From the NCBI GenBank assembly GCA_905178155.1, contig CAJINV010000002.1, forward strand, positions 4,831,709-4,895,708: DNA of 64,000 nt, given 5' to 3'. Under the pieces are notes generated by a model that saw nothing but the letters and a program-made list of their open reading frames with translations, was not told the origin of the DNA and did not search any database. Below are positions 36,001 through 43,153 of the stretch, piece after piece. Every line of letters starts with the position of its first letter. The first letter of the stretch is position 1. The position numbers and the translations under genes are program-made. The DNA comes from Amoebophrya sp. A120. Its lineage: Eukaryota > Protista > Dinoflagellata.

Positions 36001-39000
36001 ATGTGCGCCCTTTGCTTGCATCGTGTTCGCTCTTCTTTTCTGCATTCAGTTACTTTCTTCATATAAAAAGGGCCGTCTGGCTTCCTTCTGCGTTCTATCT
36101 CGCCTATGCAACACAGATTCTCGAGTCATGCCAGACAAGCATGACAAACTTACTTGCATGCTTCCAGACCCAGACTCTTTTGCATTTAATATTTTCTCCG
36201 GCTTGTTTATTCGGTGGGTGTGCACCAGCTGCTGACCCCGCGGCTGCAGCTGTTGTTCCCGTTGTAGTTTCTCGTGGCAAAGTGGCCAAATCCTTGTGGA
36301 CGCGCAACGCGGGCAAAACCAGTTTGTCCAGCCTGTCGTTCGGAATGATGGCGTCTGCGTGGTTGTTGAAAACGTCCTGCCAGTACACCAGCGAGTTCAT
36401 GGCGTCGTCCAACACGGAGTGCCCGTCCAATAACAGCTGATCGATCAAACCGGTCACGCGCTGCTTCGTCGGTAACGTGTACAAGACCGGCATGACCGGA
36501 CGGATCAATTTCCCACTCGCAGAAACGGTGGGCTCCCCCGCGTTCGCGGCTTCCACACTCAACCCCGCGAGCTTCTCGTGGAACCAGAGCTGCGCCTTCT
36601 TGCTCCTCCCCCGGTCCAGCTTCTTGCACCAGGAGTACATCCACTTGGAAACGGTCATATTCACCGGATCGTCGACTTCGCACTCGGTTCCGCGCCAGGC
36701 GGAGGCGAAGATTTCGTCAAAAGCTTTGTGCGATTCATGTAACAAAACCGGATCCATTGAGGTCACCATCTCGTCCGTGCCGGCCAAATGCGCGTCGAGA
36801 TCCTGCTCCGAGAAAGAAGATGCTGGTCGTGGTCGTTCTTCTGGTGCCCTCTTCATATTTTTCATTTGCGCAGAACTTCTGGCACTACTTGCTGGGGTCG
36901 TCGTCGCGGCTGCTCTTCGGGTGGTCATCCCGGAAGATGATACGACCGCTCTTTGGAATTCCTTGGACAAATTATCAAGAGGAAAAATCCCCCCTCCCCA
37001 TATCGAAACGAAGTTTCTGCTGCTGCATTTCCGTACACAAATCAGATCTGTCTTGCAGTAGAGGACTGCAGGCATATGTCAAGCCTCGGCCGAGAGGTTT
37101 TGACGTAGGCGCCTAGCATGGCAAACGTGTATGCTCTAAGTCTAAGCCCAACAGCATCACAAACCGCCTGCAACATGCAGGGGGCTCTCTGGACTTGCCT
37201 TCTTGCAAGACAGGCAAGATTTGAGGTCACAAATGTGCATCACAAATTTTTGGACGGGTGCGTTTTCAATATGGGGAGGGGGGATTTTTCTTTGCGATAC
37301 AAATCGGGGTGCAGAATCTCGTCGATTCTCCGGCTTTCCTGCGACAGCTCCACGTGCTATGGATTGTAAAAATGTCTGGGTCTGGAAACTTGTGATGCAA
37401 GGAAGAGAATAGTGAGCTCACTGTAATGCGTCGCCGAGCATGACAAGTTTTTTTCATGGTTCTGAGTTGCCTATTCCGCATGAGAAACTGCGTTTTTGCA
37501 ACACAGGGAGGAGGAGCTCTTTGCGGCCACGCAATACAGAGTTCAGAGTCATGCCAGATTAGCATGACAAGTCTCGCAATCTTCCAGACCCAGACACTTT
37601 TACATTTGATACGTGCACCTGCCGGACCACGTCTTCGGTCATCTGCAGCATCTTCATGGTCGGCTCCAGCCCGTGGGCGGACACGCTCCCGATGGAGGCC
37701 TTTTGTTCGGTGGTTTGTTCTGAACCTTCTTGTTCTTTTCCGGCTGTAATACTAGCCTTGCGGTCGTCCACCCCGGCCAGCTTCCGCATGACGTCCGCAA
37801 ACAGCATGGGGTCGACGCGGTGCTTCGGTAACTGCAATCTGTTGATCATGTAGAAATAGTCCTTGTTTGCCTGCTGCAAATCCGCCAAAACCACGATCTT
37901 CATCTTTGTGTCCAGGTTACGGTCCGCGGAGGCTTGTTCGGCGATCGTGGCAAACGTTTTGGGCGATTTGGCGATCGCCATTTCCGCTTTGCTTTGCATT
38001 TCCAAGGTCTGGTCGTCCAGCATTTCAATGGACTCTTGGTACTGCACCGCCGCCTCGCGCAGCAGCAGCATAAACGTGTTCGCCACGGTGGCGACCGTGT
38101 AGATAAAAATGGCCAGTTGCCGCAATTTCGCGTCCTTTTTCCGAAAATTCAGGTAGTGGATTTTCACTTGGGTGACGATTCGTCTTAGATCCGCCGGTGC
38201 GTGCTCCAGAATTCGGTCAAACTCCCGCTCCCTCGGGTCGGGATTCTTCAGCAGGTCTAGTTTCTGTTGGATCGCCTGCTTCTTTCTGTCCACGGTGGCT
38301 TCGAATTTTTTGGCCTGGTCTTCGGAGGCAACGGCCTCGATCATAGCGGCGTCGGCGATCTGAAACAGGGGCAGCGCTTTGATTCCGTCCTTGGGGATTG
38401 TCAGGTCGATAAGTTGCTGCAACGACCGTTTTCTCGCTTCCATCACCGCGCGCGCCGCCTTCGGGTTGAAGTTGTCGCTCGACGAAATCCCATTTCCGTG
38501 AAATAAAGTCGCGAAATCCCGTACCTGCATGCTCGTCAGCCACTGCACGACCCCGGGGCGGTACTCCCGTTGCCACTCGTGGAATCGTTCTGTGTCCGCC
38601 TTGCCTTTCTCGACAGCGTGCGCGAAGCCTTTCTGAAGCGGGTGCTCGGCCGCGGAAGGAAGAACAGAGTCTTGGTGTCTCGAAGTACTATCCTCAATCG
38701 TACCGGCAGTACCGCCTGCACCTCCTGGTGCTAGGGGGCCGCTTTTATTTCCGTCTCTGTGCTGCTGGTCCACTTGCGAGCGCAGTTTCGGGTTATTTCC
38801 CCTGACCCCCATCACCTCCGGGAAGTACTCGCGGTCAATTTGTAGTTGCTCCATTTCCAACAGCTGCTGCTCCTCCTCCCTCTGCATCTCCTCCGCAGTG
38901 ATCTTAGAAGTAGACGTGTCTTCCACTAGAACGGACTCACTCCTCTGAGCCGTCGACTTCCTCAGTAAATTGTCAAAACGAACTTGGTCCGCAGTGCGGT

Positions 39001-41645
39001 GCTGCGAGGTCGTGGCACTCGATCCGGCCGTAGTTTGCGCCGCTCCACCACCAGATGTCGGCGAGGTAGGACCAGATCGTCCACCTGGTGTTGCACTGGA
39101 GGTCCCCGCACTACTTTCCGTCCTACTTCCAGTCGTGGTGGTCTGGTCCTGCTGTCGTGTTTTACCGGTGGATGACGTCCCCCCCATCTGCTGTCCGCCA
39201 GAACTACTTTTTTGCGGCTTTGCGTCCAGTCCTCCTGAGCCTACCTTTCCCAAAAACCCCTTCAATTTCGTCCTTGACGGCGGAGACAAAGTTTTCTGTT
39301 GCTGTTGATGCGACACGTCGGACGTTCCTGTTCCTTTTCCTTCCATTTTATCAACAACCAAATTCGCGGCCCCACCCGGAGGAGCTTGTTCGGTGGGCCC
39401 CGCCAGCACTCTTTTCAGCGCTTCCGCTTCGTTGATTCTCTTCTGCGCCTCTAATTTCGCCTGGATCCCGAATGCGGCGAACTGCGCCGCCTCTAAGGCT
39501 GCTCGGTTCGACGCGTCTTTCTCCTGTTCCAATGCGTCCTCCTGCAATGCCCGCTCGGACGTCTGCTATGCAAGAAAAAAACTATGTGAGTGTAAATCTG
39601 TGATGCTGATGCACAAAATGCAAAACTGTTACGAGTGTCATGCTGGATGTGCGTCGTAGGCTACTTTCATGCGTGTTTTCACGTACTAGCTGCGCATGAC
39701 AGGTTTGCCCTGTAATGCAAAACAAGTTTGTGATGCTGCTCTTCCTACAAAGTTACACTTACACAGTTTTTTTCCTGGATATCTGCTGCATTCTGGTCAA
39801 TAGGTCTTGAAACGTTTGCTGGACCTCTTCCACCGGCACGTCCTTCTGAAAGGGCGCGGTGCCGGTTTTCGGATCGATGTTGAATAGTTTCATCACGTCT
39901 GCGGGCAGTTTCGGCGGGAAAAGGTTGCCTTCCGGGGCTGCGGCTGGCGGCTGTGCAGCTCCTTGGGACAATATCGAAGGCGCACCACCACCAGCGGCAC
40001 CAGTAAAAACATTTCCGATCATCTGCGGGCGGTCGATCAATCCAGCGCCGAAGCTCCCGTCCTCTTGCCGCTTTCTCGCCTGCAAGATCACGTTGTTCAC
40101 AATCTTCGAGATCTTCGCACTCTGTCCGGAGGAACTGGCTAGTTGCTGGATCCCCTTCCAATCGCTTTCGGCGAATAATCGGTCCTCCTGCACCACAGCC
40201 GCGATACTGGACATACTGTGCGTCGCGCGCACCGGAATCCCCCCCGCTGGCGTCATCATCACCGCCGATTTTCCCCCCTGGGCATTCAATTCCGGGATGA
40301 GTTTCGTGATCACCACCGGGTCCGCGAGATAGTTCGCGAGGTAATTGGACGAGATTTTCTCCGACAAAATTGCGGGTAGGCCCTGCCAAAAGGAAAGCAA
40401 TTGCTGTCGGATCCGTTGCAGAATGCTCTTCATCTGCGCGTCTTTCTTCATCTGCGTTGCCGCGTCGTTCTTTTTCTGGTGGTTGAAGAACACGATTCGA
40501 AATGTCATGGTAAAAAATCTCTTCAGCCACGGCCGCATCTTGTGAAGCCATACCGGCTCTCGCGTGTCCAGGTCGAACTCGAGCTTGTAGCCGTCTGGAC
40601 TATTCGTATACGCTTGCTCTATCGCCTCGTGGAACATACTGTGATCCAAGAATATGTCGACGACCTCCCCGTCTTTGTTTTGTTTTTTCAGATACAGCAG
40701 AAACTCGTGCAGTGTCTTCTTCGCCATCTGCGGCGAAGCGTGCATCTGTTTGCACAGCCCGGTCAGGCCAGAGACTTCCGGCGAGAAGATATCCTCGCTC
40801 TCAGTGCCCGCAGCGGCAGCGGTGGCGAAAGAACTTGCTATAGCAGTAGCAGTCGCCGCCGCGCTGGACGAAGAGGAAGACGCAGCAGGAGCAGCCCCTC
40901 CCGGTGTTGAATCTAGCACTTTTTGTGAAGAACCATGAGTCGAGTCTACTTTTGTGATCGTGAGCCCTTTCCGCCCGCTTTGCAGCTCGTCTGGACTGTC
41001 CGTTCCGAGCTTGATATCCTTTGGCATCGGATCCTTCGCCAAAAGTCGCTCCAAGAGTGACTCTGTGTAAACGCGGGCAAACGGCGCCTGCAGCATCTGG
41101 TCATAGGCCTTGCTGAACATCGTGACCAGAAAGGCCTCCTGCATTTGAGCCGGGTAGTGGGGCACCGCAAACGTCGTCGCGGTTCCTCCATTTTGCGAGC
41201 CTGTTGTACTACTACCTCTTACGGGCGTCCTCGTGGTTCTTGCAGCCGATTCTCGCCCCGCAATACCACTTCTAGGTTGTCCGTCCTCTGCGAATAAAGT
41301 AGAACCTCCCGCATTTGATGAACCTGCCGCTGCCCCAGCCGCTTGTGCACCTCTGGTTGTAAGAACCGGCTGGTGCTCTTGCGGAGCTACAACTGGTGAT
41401 GTCACATTATCGCCGGGCGATCTCACCACCGGTGGCCCACTTGGTCTCGGAAGATTCGTGTGGAGGTGGGGTACGTGCTGTCCAGGCCACTCAGAGGCCC
41501 TCACAACTCGCTGTATCGGCGATAGCAGGACAAGCAGTGCTCTCACACAGAAAAGCGCTTCTCGTACTCCAGTGGTTCTTCCTTTCTTGCGCATTTTCAC
41601 TACCGAGCAGGGTGTTCTGCCGGTCGTTCCCTGTCCGTTTTGCAT
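1..41645 (-). CDS. Giant multi-exon protein of unknown function (>7,400 aa, 3' end outside the window), about 28 exons
   Basis: The long minus-strand ORFs from 39759-41687 down to 1896-4097, plus an apparently open frame 1690->1 (spot-checked, no stop seen), join in frame when each TIR element plus one 5-nt flank is removed (e.g. QQ|TSERAL, QAGE|KGRA, LD|KVG, KT|PVG, W|IRTT, AVE|NGG). Three junctions are inferred GT-AG introns. Exon sum is about 22.4 kb. The start codon is uncertain (first in-frame ATG at 41645). No domain recognised. Confidence 0.7.
1667..2357 (-). repeat. Intragenic duplication encoding AQLSGPQRQQV-ELG...ALSEED...MDR...AVENGGSCSSGEDPR twice
   Basis: Near-identical DNA at ~2210-2357 and at ~1667-1695 plus 1963-2090. 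The second copy is interrupted by an introner. Confidence 0.85.
1696..1957. mobile_element. Introner, family A (TIR ~TATCAAATGCAAAAATGTCTGGGTCTGGAA)
   Basis: TAT...ATA ends, perfect DR TTTCA (1691-1695 / 1958-1962), frame restored. Confidence 0.92.
4099..4271. mobile_element. Degenerate introner (family D), now readable as a GC-AG intron 4098-4275
   Basis: TATGCATTGCAA...TTGCAGTGCATA, flanks TCACC/TTGCC, in-frame join TRM|VTDPEL. Confidence 0.75.
6005..6314. mobile_element. Introner, family B (TIR TATTACAATGAAAAATGCCCCCACCCC)
   Basis: Perfect DR CGACG, join KRV|GTTP in frame. Confidence 0.93.
7899..8205. mobile_element. Introner, family B, inverted relative to the 6005 copy
   Basis: Perfect DR GATCC. 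The interior is a diverged reverse complement of 6005-6314. Join RW|IRTT. Confidence 0.92.
8272..8529. mobile_element. Introner, family C (TIR TATAACC-GCTCAG-TGTTACAATCTCAAA)
   Basis: Perfect DR GCCTG, homologous to 43987-44244. Confidence 0.92.
8660..9519. mobile_element. Long (860 bp) degenerate fold-back intron/introner with a D-like left end
   Basis: Starts TATCCATTGCAAAAGTACCGCACTAG (similar to 4099) and ends CTA. Flanks ATTTT/TTTTT. Internal inverted repeats ~8743-8793 versus ~9374-9436. Join PV|KNAI in frame. Confidence 0.55.
9896..10243. mobile_element. Degenerate introner
   Basis: TATGG..GGAAAAAAAAACTGGTCGGAC versus GTCCGGGCCGTTTTTCCTCATA. DR eroded, but removal of element plus 5 nt is in frame. 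Confidence 0.6.
10525..10777 (-). other. Putative conventional GT-AG intron
   Basis: GTAAGT donor at 10777 and a phase-compatible TCTAG acceptor. The acceptor choice is inferred. Confidence 0.5.
11264..11905. mobile_element. Degenerate introner (642 bp)
   Basis: ~43-bp imperfect TIR TATCCGA...GTGGAAC. DR eroded, removal of element plus 5 nt is in frame. An extra partial right TIR lies at ~11541-11562. Confidence 0.7.
12434..12757. mobile_element. Degenerate introner with two tandem left TIRs (12434 and 12491)
   Basis: TATCGC...CTGTTTCACTGTGA occurs twice on the left and once inverted at 12721-12757. Confidence 0.7.
12852..13249. mobile_element. Introner, family E (TIR TATC....GTAAAAACGTCCCCACCCCATAG)
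   Basis: Clear TIRs, flanks GGTAG/TTAAG, frame restored, related to 43669-43947. Confidence 0.85.
13316..13574. mobile_element. Introner, family A, inverted relative to 37358
   Basis: Perfect DR CGCCT. The interior is a diverged reverse complement of 37358-37611. Join KKA|VNF. Confidence 0.9.
16043..16363. mobile_element. Introner, family G (TIR TATC.....GAAAAATCCCCCCTCCCCATATC)
   Basis: DR CGGGG/CGGAG, join KT|PVG. Confidence 0.9.
16423..16599. mobile_element. Fold-back introner, family H (~70-bp arms)
   Basis: Perfect DR AGATG, almost wholly palindromic, join LSS|SKL. Confidence 0.9.
17281..17708 (-). other. Putative GT-AG intron
   Basis: AAA|GTTACG...GGCCAG|GTT gives an in-frame join PMK|VVAK. 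Boundaries inferred. Confidence 0.5.
18240..18502. mobile_element. Introner, family A
   Basis: Perfect DR TCCTC, join LE|DETS. Confidence 0.93.
19697..19941. mobile_element. Introner, family A
   Basis: Perfect DR TGTCG, join LD|KVG. Confidence 0.93.
21697..22001. mobile_element. Introner, family B
   Basis: Perfect DR GCTGT, right end GTA, join GDS|TIE. Confidence 0.92.
22710..23001. mobile_element. Introner with family A TIRs and an E-like interior
   Basis: DR ATCTG/ATCGG, right end GTA, frame restored. Confidence 0.88.
23150..23362. mobile_element. Degenerate fold-back introner
   Basis: Perfect DR CTCCG, long imperfect arms TATGGA..AAAAAAG, join PTE|KDL. Confidence 0.85.
23852..24040 (-). 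other. Putative GT-AG intron following a ~21-nt micro-exon
   Basis: CTG|GTAAGT donor at 24040. A phase-0 CCAG acceptor is inferred and alternatives exist. Confidence 0.45.
24062..24384. mobile_element. Introner, family G
   Basis: Perfect DR ATGTC, join AAD|IKQ. Confidence 0.92.
24450..24761. mobile_element. Introner, family I (TIR TATGGA-GTGTCAG-ATCGAAAT-GACAAAGTC)
   Basis: Perfect DR TGCAA, ~55-bp TIR, join QL|HPF. Confidence 0.92.
27690..27800. repeat. Tandem 11-12 bp repeat (T)TTTTCTT(T/G)TGA, about 8-9 copies, in the LINE 3' region
   Basis: Directly visible in the sequence. Confidence 0.9.
28176..34439 (-). CDS. LINE ORF2: apurinic-like endonuclease plus reverse transcriptase (2087 aa)
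   Basis: APE motifs YWNVNG, SISETK, GDLN, PTCY, IDFLAV, ADH. RT motifs AAGMDGI, GLDASNFYN, LIQGS, QFVDDG, KILG. Confidence 0.9.
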   Translation of the reverse strand: MRRALLLVCCMLKESIPAQPKLQRREDQAGQREDKDRQKNSRNSTSKKSRRMAEEISGEGEGVRKPKKFRDPWWLEKLEERRSEENKRGAAKDVEEKYGNIIEFLPPEEEGAACDVDVDGLKLIKHLYWNVNGVGRANAIRLAVAISALEASEASISETKMAAVPAKVAAFEHVKDTLAWLYQKMKLKGRRIYMAIATDLRRIAVELRSGGTAMLEVEEPLRMPEYRMSIVVLAQEQEGEYLTRDIGKKEAMLMWATGAINEAGRLVVSLYRRESKVEDTEAARKFIRGQMAKLLAKIREMMGRAKIGIITGDLNCEYEVTKEEKMKLRKDKNNTPISVVVYEEALLPLQNYVNEVALTMEPGGPTCYRSARNPSKIDFLAVAPIRSRIITKQIQRVQIPKDPTVRRVLEFEEGMNPYDEADHLALMATIMWTEQEAEEEVATTYRATEQDPQELHFNAKFALMQPSPEFMRRSIEIIKGKNRFEEENPFEETVRWPRGSIKTEELQEKMEASAINAEEIKDIRSYHKWVTSTMKETGMIKEKKKPVPKLAETIRRRRIREREKKGKGKAQGHSVRKGEEKNSEEPKDAGKERKGKGRKAHQGDEEKKEEARSEEEKKLAKEWMEAHSCMLEETKDKPESIHDYARRAKEMVLGKGRGKPVEGEISEMTVAGRQVSGAENCTRELAGNHISKVGAIMEENGKSHTFSGSTLRDAYQSLTEACKKVAPLRVTATQLKKHTKRLNAQAAGMDGIRFQAYKTLSGEQLRILAQVYNKFLEELAESPMTPRDVEKLLDKSLTAVKVEMLKKQTAASTACEKIRTVIQGTAVTRFLMSYLTYQMVRISDKSNGFARCGAASKPGASCQATVVQLLETLHSEEIQKTLDSAEKEDGEPGDLLSKLEKAGENWMSEEIQEKGEAPEEEGEGGISPITAPDTEQEEEAKRRKGEEEEEKRREEEEARKWISVIIGLDASNFYNNLTLCTALRAYRRSGVHPCYLKLVAAINWNKEVWLRNGNTYAKVKNHHDLIQGSVECMLAGTLVFMPGVEAVQEYLEEVFDETGRVKGVKELQAARTNLREKIKDNFGTRKETETDTSFPPYVVENETDEIYKTEQPPRTGRGRRRVLKRKRKNKQKYEWVGEQNTAEGKKKQPQTLAVQFVDDGTLALTYHEEDRGKVLKILEEIAIACEIMYTREGQFLAPQKCEFTSSDREEERRKEVREAFRPFGIRFNERKTRKILGTTITTLGAEQQRKLIKGQVKQSIGIGQHLSLQVMKARKKINGEELKWVIQVFFTSAMIYFLPVMQMFFTDKDWAELMGELAVVIAEAIGFTEKTLQKIMKITKTTPETLYRVVYSYNVLSAVDPFLMGIKSLRSLAQMNMLTDIGLFMKWATLPVRILGEGEQGITKGIIEMMDKRNVADIALLDAMGKGTCIRMPAVSDLRATGIVQDNSRTYGNSWPKDGELVKVIAADELGLTVVTRRRIVSGRTTGRASWEKRIYKTEQKHLETEEREQEQRFLAYVINSLRILEDLQKEEAEGIVVKLVDYDVLRSATAGQLRAEHGICLELTEKIEELHQQIVERVEKMHKIEKEDAQRRLRFQGHSGTVGICIDKGGLEVKEEERRVGEGVEIVTSKTLRAIDVSEMDRGSLIWPIYDFGEGALGLPDVEAWPEMTRTERQDFIIGALCPEELRKIEEPEDIKENSDTRGILKEWQDEQESEEEAHLVERKKVKQADEDLMGKLLENATRMIKEEEEDAQNRNDTRRNSKRDTEKGTALQSLSLSIVERKEKKILPGELRDYTWEGEEVDGTGQEDKEEAGGVDKVGAQRAQGGVGEWKEKKTRQKVTAEGDGPAKQGATTKEEKWGERKESEEGRGKKETKKSKHEGSAQRSRFSAVQPKARASLESKGISIGITRSSAGKEAKVTGGNEKPATQRKSKQAEAKSTKQKTEAKELAEPVRAEVDPLTSKAPYSLEFSKGGYKRYSKEAGAPQDQRASSAAGQRGRASNSENVRRRKSAEGERTESKKREAEGEDTTQRKRQKSKQHGDNKQEAAEEEETLAQTMRRIISEPLQMGAGGRAGGRLQATQDLYG
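34783..35937 (-). CDS. LINE ORF1: basic, coiled-coil-like protein (384 aa)
   Basis: K/R/E-rich ORF upstream of ORF2, inside the TSD-bounded element. Confidence 0.75.
   Translation of the reverse strand: MKIRSRPLVGKMGEGKGKYGNIEELTRWRKSATAGESKEEDAERARQDKEGGKGKGKGKEMNEGKTRKTVGQMLQERIKNPPRILFKADPTMELRSLIKAKKIKKSKFSKKIATKPRGATAIAEAKDSKWLKRIPLQDESGKDLTWEERRKRATKLRVRTTALMIRLNRMKATETEETNREFESCPVRLGKREKGIVKLPPMGKKQWRIHIGDYRRRWAKKRKEKGLEIPKAKKEERREQNDGHTEHKKVMQSREAYEEWQGKAMALAETKSWSAGTLYLVSYDQRLEHDRKVQEEQAARAQQKRKESLAEMSEEEKTEREKKEMKYRETANENRRRKKEEMRKIETKEEEEVRKSIGREKLANWRARKKKEREQLDDKTRETA
36973..37299. mobile_element. Introner, family G
   Basis: Perfect DR CAAAT, join HPD|LSK. Confidence 0.92.
37358..37611. 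mobile_element. Introner, family A
   Basis: Perfect DR CGTGC, join VH|VEL. Confidence 0.93.
39567..39781. mobile_element. Introner, family J (TIR TAT-CA-GAAAAAAACT-TGT-AGTGTAA)
   Basis: Perfect DR TCTGC, join QQ|TSER. Confidence 0.9.
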
Positions 41646-43153
41646 AAGTGGCGCAGCAGCACCTGCCCCGATGATTGTGCGATACAAGAAGCACTCGGAA
41701 TAAACGTCGTTAGCTGCTGTTATTGGTACTATCTCTAACCGATTCAGAACATAACGGCATATCGTTAGGTATATATGGGCTTGTGGGGAAGTGAGACGTA
41801 GTGAAGCTGCTCCTCGAAATAGCGGGAGAGGTTGTTTGGAGACAGCACACTACCACTGACTAAATAACTTAATCGGTCCTGCGTTCGAGACCAAAAAGTG
41901 TTGAAACAGTGTAGCCGGCGACGGAATCGTATTTTTTCTATGAACGCAAATTGAAAAATTCTTGTTGATTCGACATTCTACAAATTTGGGATTGTTTCAG
42001 TGCCTCACGACCATCTTACATGCTGGGGATCTAAATCTAAATTCTTGCTCTGGCGGAAGATAGTTGTTTCGCAGGAGCGCCAGGAGCGGTGACTACCACA
42101 ATAACAGACCAATCTTCGACCTTGAAGCTTGTTCTGCAAAAAACCCTTTAATTTTTGTCGCTACAGGAGAAATATCGGGCTTAAGCCTTTGTTTTCTTGT
42201 TTACGAATAAATTCCTTTTGCAAAATAACTATCCTTCACGAGGACGTGTGCAAGGAGGTGCGGAGGTGAAAAGAAAAAAGAAAAGCTGATTGTGATTCTT
42301 GCAATAGATGAAAAGGCACAACTACTGATGTGTGCGAACTACAATTATGCTTCACCGAAGTTGGTAGAAGTAGGGTGTTTTTTTCTTCAAAAAAATTGAG
42401 TGATGCACCTCAACAGATGAAGTTTTAGAATAAGCAGCGCAACCTTCCGCCATAACACCCGAAGAAATGATCCTGGTCGTCGTTTTTTTGAGCAAAAAAA
42501 AAATCAAGAACCTGTGACCACCGGCACCATCAGCATTGTTCTTGCGGTTGATCGTGTACTGCAACTCTGTGCCACCTGCAAATACGCACAATAAGAGGAA
42601 AGGGGCAAACAGGCCGACATAGATCGTCACCACGAACAAACCGTTTCCTGATCAGTACCCGGAGGTGATACAGAGATACTAGTGAGATCGTGATCGTCCA
42701 AGCCAGCCGTTATCGTTAATGCATCTGAATCTCTAACAATTACTAAGTTCTTACCCGCCTCGTGGAACAAAACTAGAAAGATCCTGCACGACAGGTCCTA
42801 TCAGGTTCAGGCGGTTCCTAAAGTGAGATCTTCTCGTTTCGTCTTCGCCCTCGTCAATGAACTCTAACTTTGTTGTTACTTCGTAGCTCGAGAAGTTCTT
42901 GATCGATCCCTTTCTGCACAACTGTCCTCTTAGTAGAAGTAGAACAAGCAACATGCTGGTGGCAGAAAATCGTGGCGCTTCTGCACGTTCAATTGCCGTA
43001 CTAAGTCAAGTGCTGACGAAACTCGATTATTGGTGAAGGAGCTTGTTTGTCCTTGCTGGTTCCTGTTGATTCATCTATGTGGTCTTTTATTTCTGGGAAA
43101 AAATCACAACGACAAGCTGCAGCCGCCGAAAATAAAGCCGTCAAGTCTCATGA

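Larger units (their letters stand above)
25490..36097 (-). mobile_element. Apparently full-length non-LTR retrotransposon (APE-RT type), 10.6 kb
   Basis: 10-bp TSD TCTCGCCTAT (25480-25489 / 36098-36107), 3' tail (AACG)3, two intact ORFs, strongly purine-rich sense strand. Confidence 0.92.
25319..36191. mobile_element. Introner, family A (255 bp when reconstituted), split by a LINE
   Basis: 25319-25489 plus 36108-36191 align end to end with 1696-1957. Perfect DR TTTTC, join AGE|KGR. Confidence 0.92.
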
